From: Cyanobacteriota bacterium
GTDB lineage: Bacteria; Cyanobacteriota; Cyanobacteriia; PCC-6307; Cyanobiaceae
Assembly (NCBI GenBank): GCA_046052125.1
Contig: JBJOMY010000001.1
Span: 480,001-544,000, forward strand
Length of the DNA: 64,000 nucleotides
Direction of reading: 5' to 3'
Shown here: piece by piece, positions 35,876 to 45,806 of the stretch
How positions within the stretch are numbered: position 1 is the stretch's first letter
Layout of the letters: every line of letters begins with the position of its first letter
Notes under the pieces: model-generated
The model's input: the letters and a program-made list of their open reading frames with translations, nothing else
Databases searched by the model: none
What the model was told of the DNA's origin: nothing
Position numbers and translations under genes: made by a program

Positions 35876-37726
35876 ATGCTGCAGGCCCCCATCCCCGCAG
35901 ACGATGCGGCGCGCGTCCAAGAACTGCGCAGCTACGGGGTACTCGACACTCCGGATGAGCAGGCGTTCGATGACATCGGCGCCCTGGTGCGCGATATCGC
36001 CGGCACCGCGATCGGCATCATCTCCCTGGTGGATGAGAACCGCCAATGGTTCAAGAGCTGTATCGGGCTTGATGCCAAGGAAACGCCCCGCAATATCTCC
36101 TTCTGCGGCCACACGATCCTGCAGCGCACGCCACTGATCATCGAAGACGCGCTGGCCGATCCGCGCTTTTGCGACAACCCTCTGGTGCTGGAGCGGCCGC
36201 ACATCCGCTTCTACGCGGGCTTCCCCCTGATCTCAAGCAACGGCTTAGCGCTGGGCAGCCTGTGTGCGGTGGATCAGCAACCCCGGCGCCTGAGCGACCT
36301 GCAGATCAGCGCCCTGGAACGGCTGGCGCGCCTGGTAGTGCAGCAGATGGAGCTCAAACGCCAGAGCCGCCTACTGGAACACTCGCAGCAGGCCCGCCAG
36401 GAGCAGCGGCCCGCGGGCAGCACAGCCCTGGATCGCAGCGGCCTGTTCACCAGCAAAGAGCAGTTGCTCAGCATGGTGGAGCTGATGCTCTGCCAGAACA
36501 GCCAAGCCGGCTTCGGCATCCTGCGGGTGGAGTTCAAGGAGTTGCGCCGCATTGCCAACGCCCTCGGTGAAGCGGTGGCCAGCGCCCTGCGCCGTGAGCA
36601 GATGGAGAGGCTCAGCCAGCTGCTGAGCGATCAAGCCAGCTGCTGCGAACTCAACGATCAGGAGTGGCTGGTGCTGTTGCCCTTCATCAGCACGGAAGGG
36701 CAACTGTGCGACCAAGCCGCGGCCATCACGGATCAACTGCAACAACCAGTCGCGGTAGCCAAGCAACTGCTCAACGCGCAGGTCGCCGTTGGCGCTGCGT
36801 TATTCCAGGGCAACTACAGCAACGCCGACGACCTACTGAGCGATGCCGCCATCGCCCTGCGCAACGCCGCCCGCCGGCCCGGCAGCCACTACAGCTGCAT
36901 TGATCTCACCAGCCGCATGGAGGCGCAACAGGATCTCCAGCTGGAATCGGAACTGCGCCATGGCCTGAGCCGCGGCCAGCTCGAACCCCACTTCCAGCCA
37001 CTCTTCCATCTGCAAAGCCTCGCGATCACCGGCGTGGAGGCGCTGGCCCGCTGGCGCCACAGCGATGGGGATCTCCTGCTGCCGAGCGTGTTCCTGGCGG
37101 CGGCGGAACGGGCCGAGCTGCTGGGCGCCCTCGATCTGCAGATGATCCGCCAAGCGATCCAGGCCAGCCACGCGATGGCCCGGGTACACCCCGAGCGACC
37201 GATGCTGCTCAGCCTCAATCTCTCCGCAGCGGTGTTGGAGAGCGAGCAGCACCTCGAGGAGCTGTTTGCACTAATCGATGAACAACCACTCCCTCAGCAC
37301 TGGCAGTTGCAGCTGGAGTTGTTGGAGATGAACCTGCAGCAACCGGAAGCGGAGATCGCCCGCCAACTGAGCCAGCTGCATCAGCGCGGAGTGCTCCTAG
37401 CGATCGACGACTTCGGCACCGGTTACTCCTCCTTAAGCCGCCTGAACCGCTTCCCCTTCCACAGCCTCAAGGTGGACATGAGCTTCGTGAAGCTGCTCGA
37501 TGCCCCTGAGCAACCCAGCAACCGCATCCTGGAGGTGATCCAGGCCATGGCGGAGGCCCTCGAACTGCACACCACCGCTGAAGGGGTGGAAACAGAAGCC
37601 CAGCGCCAATGGCTGCAGCGCCAGGGCTTCCATTGGGGCCAGGGTTATCTACTGGCCAAGCCGATGCCCCTGCAGGACATGCTCAACCTGCTGCTCACCC
37701 ACCAGAGCCAAGCAGTGCGGCCCTGA
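35876..37726 (+). CDS. GAF-GGDEF(degenerate)-EAL c-di-GMP phosphodiesterase
   Basis: GAF (RQWFKS, SFCGHTI, DPRF.DNPLV, IRFYAG.PL); GGDEF site reads NDQEW; VEALARW, DDFGTGYSSL and AEGVET present. Confidence 0.9.
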   Translation: MLQAPIPADDAARVQELRSYGVLDTPDEQAFDDIGALVRDIAGTAIGIISLVDENRQWFKSCIGLDAKETPRNISFCGHTILQRTPLIIEDALADPRFCDNPLVLERPHIRFYAGFPLISSNGLALGSLCAVDQQPRRLSDLQISALERLARLVVQQMELKRQSRLLEHSQQARQEQRPAGSTALDRSGLFTSKEQLLSMVELMLCQNSQAGFGILRVEFKELRRIANALGEAVASALRREQMERLSQLLSDQASCCELNDQEWLVLLPFISTEGQLCDQAAAITDQLQQPVAVAKQLLNAQVAVGAALFQGNYSNADDLLSDAAIALRNAARRPGSHYSCIDLTSRMEAQQDLQLESELRHGLSRGQLEPHFQPLFHLQSLAITGVEALARWRHSDGDLLLPSVFLAAAERAELLGALDLQMIRQAIQASHAMARVHPERPMLLSLNLSAAVLESEQHLEELFALIDEQPLPQHWQLQLELLEMNLQQPEAEIARQLSQLHQRGVLLAIDDFGTGYSSLSRLNRFPFHSLKVDMSFVKLLDAPEQPSNRILEVIQAMAEALELHTTAEGVETEAQRQWLQRQGFHWGQGYLLAKPMPLQDMLNLLLTHQSQAVRP

Positions 37727-37976
37727 CCTGCTCGCCAGTCCACCCCTCCACCCGGATCCACTTCGAGCGGCCGGTGGCACCACGCACCAGCTCGATGCTG
37801 CTCTGGGGCACCTTCAACAAACGGGCCAGAAGCTTGAGCAACGCCGCATTGGCCGCTCCATCCACCGGCGGCGCCTTCAGCTGAATCGCGATGGCCTCGC
37901 CGCGCACCCCCTGAACCCCCTCACGGCTGGCACGGGGCTGCACCCGGATCGCCACCAGCTGGTCGGGAAGCTCCAT
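37695..37976 (-). CDS. DUF167 (YggU-like) protein
   Basis: IRVQPRASR...[31 protein letters not shown]. Confidence 0.9.
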   Translation of the reverse strand: MELPDQLVAIRVQPRASREGVQGVRGEAIAIQLKAPPVDGAANAALLKLLARLLKVPQSSIELVRGATGRSKWIRVEGWTGEQVRAALLGSGG

Positions 37977-38022
37977 GGGGGAACAAAGTAGAAGCAACGC
38001 AATTCCAGGGCTGGTCGAGGTG

Positions 38023-39123
38023 ATGGCAGGGAGCAGGGCAGGGCAGACCCTCACCATCCGCAGGCCTGACGACTGGCACGTGCATCTCCGCGACGGGGCG
38101 CTGCTCCAGGCGGTGGTGGGGCACACCGCCCGCCAGTTCGCGCGGGCGATCGTGATGCCCAACCTCAAGCCACCGATCACCACGGTTGCTCAGGCGAGTG
38201 CCTACCGCGAACGCATCCTGGCGGCCCTCGAGCGCAGCGCCGGCAGCGACGCCGCCTCCGGCTTCACCCCGCTGATGACCGCCTATCTCACCGAAACGAT
38301 CGAGCCCGCTGAACTGGAGCGGGGATTCCAGGCGGGCGTGTTCACCGCCGCCAAGCTCTATCCGGCCGGGGCCACCACCAACTCCGATGCCGGCGTGAGG
38401 GATCTCGCCCACATCGGCCCTGTGCTCACCTGCATGGAGCGCATCGGTATGCCGCTGCTGATCCACGGCGAGGTGACCGACCCGGCCGTGGACATCTTCG
38501 ATCGTGAGGCGGTGTTCATCGAGCGGCAGCTCAAACCGCTGCTGGAGCGCCATCCCAACTTGAAGGTGGTGCTCGAGCACATCACCACGGCCGATGCGGT
38601 GCGGTTCGTGGAACAGGGCCCCGCCAACCTCGCGGCCACGATCACCCCACACCACCTACACATCAACCGCAACGCCCTCTTTCAAGGGGGATTACGGCCC
38701 GACATGTATTGCCTGCCGGTGGCGAAACGGGAACAGCACCGGCTGGCGCTGCGTGCCGCCGCTACATCGGGCAACGCCAAGTTCTTTCTCGGCACCGACT
38801 CAGCGCCGCATCTGCGCCAGGCCAAAGAAAGCAGTTGTGGCTGCGCCGGGATCTACTGCGCGCCTTATGCGCTCGAGAGCTACGCCGAGGTGTTCGACGA
38901 CCACAACACGCTCGATCAACTGGAAGCCTTCGCCAGCCTCAATGGCCCTCGCTTTTACGGGCTACCGCTGAACAACGGCACGATCACCCTGGAGCGCTGT
39001 GATCACGCAGCCGATGGCCCCGGATTGCCGGCCATGCTGGAACTCGCCAATGGCACCGATCAACCCAGCTGCCTGGTTCCCTTCCACGCCGGCGAACAAC
39101 TGCGCTGGCGCGTCAAGCCGTAA
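38023..39123 (+). CDS. pyrC: Dihydroorotase
   Basis: [41 protein letters not shown] and FLGTDSAPH. Confidence 0.98.
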   Translation: MAGSRAGQTLTIRRPDDWHVHLRDGALLQAVVGHTARQFARAIVMPNLKPPITTVAQASAYRERILAALERSAGSDAASGFTPLMTAYLTETIEPAELERGFQAGVFTAAKLYPAGATTNSDAGVRDLAHIGPVLTCMERIGMPLLIHGEVTDPAVDIFDREAVFIERQLKPLLERHPNLKVVLEHITTADAVRFVEQGPANLAATITPHHLHINRNALFQGGLRPDMYCLPVAKREQHRLALRAAATSGNAKFFLGTDSAPHLRQAKESSCGCAGIYCAPYALESYAEVFDDHNTLDQLEAFASLNGPRFYGLPLNNGTITLERCDHAADGPGLPAMLELANGTDQPSCLVPFHAGEQLRWRVKP

Positions 39124-39215
39124 TTCCTTCAGGTTCTCTTCAGGATTCTGTGCTGAAAAGCACTTGAAGGGCGGGGGGGGCATGTCCTTAGCTTCGGCCC
39201 AACCCGGCAGCGAGT

Positions 39216-39530
39216 ATGGCCCTGTTCTCCTGGATCACCAGCGTAGACAGCGATGCCCTGCTCGAGGCGCTGGCCGAACCGCTGCAGCAGCTCGGGTTGG
39301 TGGTGGACGCTTCCGTGAGCAACGCCACGCAGGTGCTCGCCTCCGACAGGCCGAACTGCGGGCTGCCCATGGCCCAGCGCGTCACGGTGCTCGCGTCTTG
39401 GAACTGCAGCCGCAGCCGCGAAGCCCAGCTGGAGGTGCGCAGCTCGGAACCCCAACTGCGCCAGGGAACCCGTTGCCAGCAGATCGCCGAACAACTGCAG
39501 CAAGTCCAGGCCAGCCGCATGAGCTACTAA
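39216..39530 (+). CDS. Hypothetical protein
   Basis: 104-aa ATG ORF with protein-like composition (EVRSSEP.LR..TRC). Confidence 0.65.
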   Translation: MALFSWITSVDSDALLEALAEPLQQLGLVVDASVSNATQVLASDRPNCGLPMAQRVTVLASWNCSRSREAQLEVRSSEPQLRQGTRCQQIAEQLQQVQASRMSY

Positions 39531-39637
39531 GCGGCAAGCGCTATTAAGCCGATCCGCCATTCGGTAACCGCTGCTACATAGAGGGGCCCCCACCGCTCCA
39601 TAGGTTCCGCCCAGTGGATGACTGGAGGCCGAGCTCC

Positions 39638-39811
39638 ATGCAAACCCAGGTTCTATTCCAAGCCAACGACGGCAGCTGGAGCACCAGTAAGACCTACCCC
39701 AATCCCTTGCTGGCCTACATCGCCGCCCGCAAACTGAGCCGCCAGGAGCAACGCCCCTGCCGCACGGTGTGCACCAGTGGTCAGCTGCTCGAAGAGATTC
39801 AGCCCTCCTGA
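39638..39811 (+). CDS. Small hypothetical protein
   Basis: ATG ORF preceded by GGAGG. Confidence 0.55.
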   Translation: MQTQVLFQANDGSWSTSKTYPNPLLAYIAARKLSRQEQRPCRTVCTSGQLLEEIQPS

Positions 39812-39906
39812 ACAACGCTCCCGTAAAGAGCTCGCAACGTTTCGCTGACAGCTTCAAATAAGGCATCTACGGTCCTGCCGGATTCCCCCTAGCGAGCCCG
39901 ACCGTT

Positions 39907-40995
39907 ATGTCTCTCGTTCAAGCACCTGCCCTGGGTATCGAGCGTTTTGCACCCGGCCTCAACAAAGAAAGCCGGCCCCACGCCTCCACCGATGACCAGA
40001 ACGCCATCATCCGTGCGGTGTATCAGCAGGTGCTGGGCGGTCAATATCTGATGAACAACGAGCGCCTGGATGGCGCCGAATCGCTGTTCCGCAATGGCTA
40101 TCTGAACGTGCGCGAGTTTGTGCGCACCGTGGCCCGCAGCGCCCTGTATCGCTCGCGCTTCTTCGAGAACTGCAATCCCTATCGCTTCATCGAGCTCAAC
40201 TTCAAGCATCTGCTTGGCCGCGCTCCCCAGAACAAGGAGGAGATGCTGCACCACTTCACGATCCTGCAGGAGCAGGGATACGACGCCGAGATCGATTCCT
40301 ATCTCGACAGCGCCGAATACAACCGCAACTTCGGCAACGACAACGTGCCCCACATGCACGGCTGGAACTACTCGGCTGGCCATGAAGGCCGCCAGTTCTC
40401 CTGGCTGATGCAGCTGGCCCGCGGCGCCTCGGCCTCCGTGAAAGGCGATGGCAGCGGCACCCAGTTCAAGCTGGGCCGGGCCCTGCATCAGAACCGCCCG
40501 ATCGCCGTGGCTGGTGCTGGCAGCGCCGTGCGGGTGAGCGGCTCCGCCGCCAGCTGGGCCCAGGCCCCTACAGCCGCGCAATACGCCCACATCAGCACCG
40601 ATGGGCCGTTCCGCGCCGATGTGTCGTCGAGTGGTGAGCTGCCCAGCGGCGATCTGCCCAGCGATCGGCGCATCGATGGCACCCCGGCCTTTGGCTTCCG
40701 CAGCCAGGAGCTGCTGGTGTCGAGCCCCAGCGCCGGCGCCGCCAGCGAGGGCAGCCGTGTGGTGACGATCACCGCCACCGGCATCGCCAACAACCGCTTC
40801 CTGCGCCACGGCGCCTACACCACGCGCGTGCCCTTCAGCCGCATGAATGAGGCCCTGCAACGGGTGATCCGTCAGGGCGGCCGTGTGGTGAGTGTGGTGG
40901 TGAACGACGGCCCCACCCACAACCAGGCGGTGAACACAGCCCACGCTGAAGAGGGCGCCAAGCCCAAAGCCAAAGGCCGCAGCAAGAAGGGCTGA
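39907..40995 (+). CDS. Phycobilisome rod linker polypeptide (linker domain plus C-terminal CpcD-like domain)
   Basis: IIRAVYQQVLG, VREFVR, RFIELNFKHLLGRAP and IDSYLDSAEY...FG...VP; C-terminal VPFSRMNEALQRVIRQGGRVVSV. Confidence 0.93.
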   Translation: MSLVQAPALGIERFAPGLNKESRPHASTDDQNAIIRAVYQQVLGGQYLMNNERLDGAESLFRNGYLNVREFVRTVARSALYRSRFFENCNPYRFIELNFKHLLGRAPQNKEEMLHHFTILQEQGYDAEIDSYLDSAEYNRNFGNDNVPHMHGWNYSAGHEGRQFSWLMQLARGASASVKGDGSGTQFKLGRALHQNRPIAVAGAGSAVRVSGSAASWAQAPTAAQYAHISTDGPFRADVSSSGELPSGDLPSDRRIDGTPAFGFRSQELLVSSPSAGAASEGSRVVTITATGIANNRFLRHGAYTTRVPFSRMNEALQRVIRQGGRVVSVVVNDGPTHNQAVNTAHAEEGAKPKAKGRSKKG

Positions 40996-41055
40996 TCCCT
41001 GCCTTGCCAAATCCGGCCACAGGACAGAACCTGTGGCCGCACCGAGGGCCCAGCC

Positions 41056-42405
41056 ATGCGCCAGCAACCCCGAGGCACTTGCCTGGCTTGCGGCATCTGG
41101 GCCCTCCTTGCTGCCTCAACGCTGGCGGGTGCGTGCCCACGGGTCAGCGCCCAGAGCACAGACGCGCTCGAGAGCCCATCCACCCCGAAGCCAACGCCTG
41201 AGCAGCTGAGCCTGGCCAACGGCTGGCCTGATCTCCAGGAGCTGCTTCACCTCCCGGCCTGGATGCAGATAGAGCTCAGCGTGACCGCTGAGCCGCTGTT
41301 CAATCCCATGGGCGGAGAGCGTTCCGCAGGCAGCTGGATTCAGCAAGGCACCCTCAGCCTGGAGCTGAGCAGCGGCCTGAACCGCCCCAGTGCCAACTGG
41401 AGAGAGCTCGATCACTGGCAGCTGAACGCCACGGTGAATCACGACGCCGGCGATGCCTACTACAGCAGCGCCATCGGCGCCCTGTTCCCGTTGCAACAGG
41501 CGGCCTATCCGCCCGGTTTCTATCTCTCCGAGCTGTCGATCGAACGCGCCGGGGGTGATGGCTGGCTGAGCCTGAAGGCCGGAATCCTGCCGATCAACCC
41601 GGATTTCGTTGAGGTGCCGGTGCTCGGCAACTACGTGCACTCAGCCTTCAACAACACCCTCAACATCACCGTCGCGGGCCTGCCGATCAACCCCTACAGC
41701 GCCATCGGCGCTGTCGTCGAGGCCCAGGCGAGCCAGGACCTCAGCCTGCGCTACGGGCTGTTTGATCTCAACACCACCGACACCATCTCCAGGTGGCTGG
41801 GCCTCAGGGACGGCGCCCTTGGCCCCAACTCCGGCACCGCTCAATTTCTGCAGCTGGATCTGCAGCCGGCCTCGATGAGCGCCGCACCATTGCAGGCCTG
41901 CCGCACCAAGCAGGGTGTGGTGCGCTGGAGCAACAAACGGGGCCCCTGCCCGACGCCGGTGACGGTGGTGAACCAACTGCATGACGGCCTGCTGAGCGTG
42001 GGGGGATTCCTCACCAGCGAGAACGGCAATGGCGTGTACGGCAGCCTCACGCTGCCCAGCGGACTGCCCCTGGGCCTCACGGATCGGCTCTGGATCGGAG
42101 CCTCCTACTCGCCGGATGCCTCCGAGGTGATCGCCCCCAGCTTTGTGGGCGGCGGCGTGGTGATCCAGGGGCTCCTACCCGACAGGCCACTGGATGTGGC
42201 GGTGTTCGGCATTGGGCGAGGCGGCCTGAGCAACCAGTTCAACAGCAGTGCCTACGAAGGGATGCTGGAGCTGGGATACCGGATCCAACTCAATCATCGG
42301 CTCAGCCTGCAACCCACCCTGCAGTGGATCTTCAACCCCAGCGGATCCGCCGAGCCCCTGCCAGGGATCCTGGCCGCGGGGATGCAACTCAGCGCCAGTT
42401 TCTAA
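41056..42405 (+). CDS. Carbohydrate-selective porin (OprB family)
   Basis: Beta-strand-rich body; C-terminal ELGYRIQL...LQPTLQWIFNPSG...GMQLSASF with terminal Phe. Confidence 0.85.
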   Translation: MRQQPRGTCLACGIWALLAASTLAGACPRVSAQSTDALESPSTPKPTPEQLSLANGWPDLQELLHLPAWMQIELSVTAEPLFNPMGGERSAGSWIQQGTLSLELSSGLNRPSANWRELDHWQLNATVNHDAGDAYYSSAIGALFPLQQAAYPPGFYLSELSIERAGGDGWLSLKAGILPINPDFVEVPVLGNYVHSAFNNTLNITVAGLPINPYSAIGAVVEAQASQDLSLRYGLFDLNTTDTISRWLGLRDGALGPNSGTAQFLQLDLQPASMSAAPLQACRTKQGVVRWSNKRGPCPTPVTVVNQLHDGLLSVGGFLTSENGNGVYGSLTLPSGLPLGLTDRLWIGASYSPDASEVIAPSFVGGGVVIQGLLPDRPLDVAVFGIGRGGLSNQFNSSAYEGMLELGYRIQLNHRLSLQPTLQWIFNPSGSAEPLPGILAAGMQLSASF

Positions 42406-43802
42406 CTGCTGAGACGACCCGAAGCCATCGCCTCCAGTAAGCGCAGATGATCGCGCTCCACCTGGTCGGCATAGGCCAGTGCATCGGCACTGAAGGCGCG
42501 ATCGATCGGCTTCTGGCCGTCTAACGCCTCGGCAAGGGCAAAGCGATCCCCCGAGCGGGCATGGCCCCGCGCCAGCACCGAGGCACACAAGCGGCCATAG
42601 GCCTTGAGCGCATCGGGCTTCATTGCCTCCACCGGTAGCGATGCCTTCCAATCGCGCAGCTGCCGCCAGTAGGCGTGATGGCCGCCGGGGGCGGTGGTCC
42701 AGCCGAGGAAGGGATCGCTCACGCACTGGAGCAGGCGCTGCCCCTCCACCACCCGCTGGCCCTGGTGCTCGCCCTGGCTGTTCTCAAGCCGTCCGAGGGG
42801 CTCCGCCAGGGCCGAGGGCAGCGCCTGTTTGCTCTGGAGCAGCAGCAAATCATCGGGGTGAGGCCCCTGAAGCAGGGTGATGCTGCAGCGGGTACCCACC
42901 GAACCCACCCCCACAGCCTTGAAGGCAGTGTCCACGATCCGGTAGGCGCTCGCCAGATGACGCCGCTGCGATTGCACGCTCTCGAGATAACCCTTGAGCA
43001 AGGCCGAGAGGGCCAGGTCGTGATCGGGCTGAGCGAAGACACTCGGATCCACCTGCCGGTGGCGCCAGAGCAGCGGCGGTTCATGGCGCAGCTGCCAGTG
43101 CCCATCGGCATGCAGCTCGGCGTAGCGGGCCACCGCCTGACGGCCGCTGCGGCGGCGCGCATGGGCTGCTGCATCGAGCAGATGCTGGCGAAAGGAGCCC
43201 TTGCCCTCCTCCTCCACAAACCGCTCCACATCCAGGAGGGTGGTCCAAAGCTCCAGGGTGGGGAGATCAGAGAAGGCCGCGATCGCCTTGCGGTAGCGGC
43301 TGGACACCTTGCGGGCGAGGCGAGCCTGCTCCTCGGCATCAAGCCCCAGCTGGCGGGCCACCAACACCAGGCTCACCAGCAGGCGTTTGAGATCCCACTC
43401 CCACGGGCCGGGGAATGTCTCATCGAAGTCGTTGATGTCGAACACCAACGTGCGCTCCGGTGAGGCGTAGAAGCCGAAGTTGAGCAGATGGGCGTCGCCG
43501 CAGAGCTGCACCTGCAAGGAGCTCTGGGGAACCCGGCCCAAATCCGAGGCCATCAACGCCGCACTGCCGCGAAACCAGGCGAAGGGGCTCTGGGCCATGC
43601 GCCGATGACGCTCCGCCACTAACCAGGGCAGACGCTGGGCGTTCTGCTGCTCGAGGAGCGCGATCGGATCGGCCCGATCCACTGGCGCCTGCCAGGGATC
43701 AAGACAGGCATCGAGTCCAGCCATCCGGCGCACAGGGGTGCTCTCAACCCATGGCATAGCGACCAGAGTGGAGAGGTGCTCGATCCACGGCGTCTTGTTC
43801 AT
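42402..43802 (-). CDS. DUF2252 family kinase-like protein
   Basis: R..RMAQSPFAWFRGSA, CGDAHLLNFG, FDINDFDET..GPWEWDLKRL, KAVGVGSVGTR and RQLRDWK. Start may be 43757 or later. Confidence 0.9.
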   Translation of the reverse strand: MNKTPWIEHLSTLVAMPWVESTPVRRMAGLDACLDPWQAPVDRADPIALLEQQNAQRLPWLVAERHRRMAQSPFAWFRGSAALMASDLGRVPQSSLQVQLCGDAHLLNFGFYASPERTLVFDINDFDETFPGPWEWDLKRLLVSLVLVARQLGLDAEEQARLARKVSSRYRKAIAAFSDLPTLELWTTLLDVERFVEEEGKGSFRQHLLDAAAHARRRSGRQAVARYAELHADGHWQLRHEPPLLWRHRQVDPSVFAQPDHDLALSALLKGYLESVQSQRRHLASAYRIVDTAFKAVGVGSVGTRCSITLLQGPHPDDLLLLQSKQALPSALAEPLGRLENSQGEHQGQRVVEGQRLLQCVSDPFLGWTTAPGGHHAYWRQLRDWKASLPVEAMKPDALKAYGRLCASVLARGHARSGDRFALAEALDGQKPIDRAFSADALAYADQVERDHLRLLEAMASGRLSS

Positions 43803-45300
43803 GGCCCTGTCGTTTCAGGAGCTGCAAGCTCAGCTGCAACCGGGATGGGGGTGCGAGCACAGCGGTGATGGCGGGCAGTTCGATGTGCTGGTGGTGCCAT
43901 CGCTATCGATGGACCGCGCCTTGATGGCGCTGGTCACCGGCGCCCACCATTACGAAGAGCGCCAGCTGTTTTCGTTGATCCGCCTGCGGGATCCGGGTGT
44001 GCGGGCCATCTACGTAACCAGCAAGTTGTTGCCGGAGCTGGTGGTGGATGCGGTGCTCGAGCTAATGCCAGGCGTTCCCACCTCCCACGCCCGCCGGCGG
44101 CTGCACCTGTTCGACACCGACGACGCCTCCAACCGCCCGCTCACCGAAAAACTCTTGGAACGGCCGGCCCTGCTCGGCCGCATCCGCGAGCTACTGCGCC
44201 CGGGCCGCAGCTTCATCAGCTGCTTTGTGGTGACGGAGCTGGAAAAACGGCTCTCCGAAGTGCTGCAGGTGCCCCTGCTCGGCACCGATCCTGCCCTCAG
44301 CTATTGGGGCAGCAAAGCGGGGAGCCGTGAGCTGTTCGCGCGCTGCGGTGTGCCCCATCCGGCCGGCAGCGGCCTGGTGCACAACCTCGCCGACCTGGCG
44401 GAGGTGAGCGCAGAGCTGTGGGAATCCCAGCCGGAGCTGAAACGCTGTGTGGTGAAGCTCAACGAGGGCATCAGCGGTGAAGGCAACGCCACCCTGGAGC
44501 TCGAGCCGCTGGAGTTAGCGAGCCGCAGCGGGCGGGAGCGGCGCCAGCTGCTCGCCGAGGCGCTGGAGCAGCTGCCGATGCCGGCCCAGGGCTGGCGGGA
44601 ACTGATGGCGCAACAGGGAGCTCTTGTGGAGTGTTGGCTGGAGGGCGGCGAGAGCCTCAGCTCACCAAGCGTGCAGGGCACGATTCATCCAGGCGGCCGG
44701 GTGGAATTGCTCTCCACCCACGAGCAGATCCTCGGGGGTGCCGGCGGACAGACCTACCTCGGCTGTCGCTTTCCAGCCGACGATGCCTACCGGCTCGAGC
44801 TGATGCGCCACGGCCAGGCGGTGGGAGAAGCCCTGGCCCGTGAAGGGGCGCTGGAGCGCTACGCAGTGGACTTCATCGCCCGGCAGATCGGCGGCACTTG
44901 GGATTTACAGGCGATTGAAGTGAACCTGCGCCAGGGCGGCACCACCCACCCCACCATGGCCCTGCGCGCGATCACCACCGGACAGCTCGACCCAGACACC
45001 GGCCTGTTCATGGCCCCCACCGGCCAGGCGGTGTACTACACCGCCACCGACAACCTCACCCACCCGAACCTGCGCGGCCTGCTCCCCGCCGATCTGATCG
45101 ACATCGTGGCCGAGGCCGATCTGCACTACGACCCGGCGCGGCTGCGGGGCAGCGTGTTTCACCTGTTGGGATGCCTCTCGGAATTCGGCAAGCTGGGCAT
45201 GACCTGCGTGGGCCGCAGCGCCAGCGAAGCCGAAGCGGTGTATCGCGGCACGGCCGATGGCTTGATCGCCAGGGCCAGCGAGCTGCAGGCTCAGCTCTGA
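43801..45300 (+). CDS. PGM1-related ATP-grasp peptide ligase
   Basis: VVPSLS, G..HYEERQL, WGSKAGSR.LF, VVKLNEG.SGEGNA, SPSVQ, STHEQ.LGG..GQ.YLGCRFPA and IEVNLRQGGTTHP. Confidence 0.85.
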   Translation: MALSFQELQAQLQPGWGCEHSGDGGQFDVLVVPSLSMDRALMALVTGAHHYEERQLFSLIRLRDPGVRAIYVTSKLLPELVVDAVLELMPGVPTSHARRRLHLFDTDDASNRPLTEKLLERPALLGRIRELLRPGRSFISCFVVTELEKRLSEVLQVPLLGTDPALSYWGSKAGSRELFARCGVPHPAGSGLVHNLADLAEVSAELWESQPELKRCVVKLNEGISGEGNATLELEPLELASRSGRERRQLLAEALEQLPMPAQGWRELMAQQGALVECWLEGGESLSSPSVQGTIHPGGRVELLSTHEQILGGAGGQTYLGCRFPADDAYRLELMRHGQAVGEALAREGALERYAVDFIARQIGGTWDLQAIEVNLRQGGTTHPTMALRAITTGQLDPDTGLFMAPTGQAVYYTATDNLTHPNLRGLLPADLIDIVAEADLHYDPARLRGSVFHLLGCLSEFGKLGMTCVGRSASEAEAVYRGTADGLIARASELQAQL

Positions 45301-45770
45301 GCGCCCGCCATCGCAGCGGGAATCACCAGCACCGGCACCTTGGCATTGACAAGCACCCGCTGGGTTTCACTGCCGATCAACAGCCCCGCCAGCCCGCGCC
45401 GCCCATGGGAAGCCATGGCGATCAGATCGCAACCGAGGCGCTCGGCCGCCTCGAGGATCGCTTCATGCACCAGGGGGCTAACGCAGGTGTCGCCGCTGGC
45501 CTCCACGCCCCGGGCCTTGGCCTGCTCCAGGGCCTGATCGAGCACGGATTGGGCGAAGGCCTCATTCGCCTGGCGGAACTGCTCGCTCAGGGCAGGATCG
45601 AGCACCAGCCCTTCGCCATAGATGGCCACATCGGGGCGGCCGTAGTAGCTGGGCTGCACGTGAAACACCCTCAGCTGGGCGCCGCACTGTTGGGCGAGAT
45701 CCAGGGCCGCGTTCAGCGCCGCAGCCGAGAGATCGGAGCCATCGATGGGCACCAACACACGACGAACCAT
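45291..45770 (-). CDS. Universal stress protein
   Basis: VLVPIDGS..S and DLIAMASHGRRGL.GLLIGSET..VL. Confidence 0.93.
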   Translation of the reverse strand: MVRRVLVPIDGSDLSAAALNAALDLAQQCGAQLRVFHVQPSYYGRPDVAIYGEGLVLDPALSEQFRQANEAFAQSVLDQALEQAKARGVEASGDTCVSPLVHEAILEAAERLGCDLIAMASHGRRGLAGLLIGSETQRVLVNAKVPVLVIPAAMAGAQS

Positions 45771-45806
45771 GGCAGCCCTACCCAGCAGCTATTCGAACGC
45801 TAGGAA

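Noticed and set aside
39173..39180. G8 homopolymer as a phase-variation tract
   Set aside because: Short, intergenic and plausible by chance in GC-rich DNA; there is no evidence of variation.
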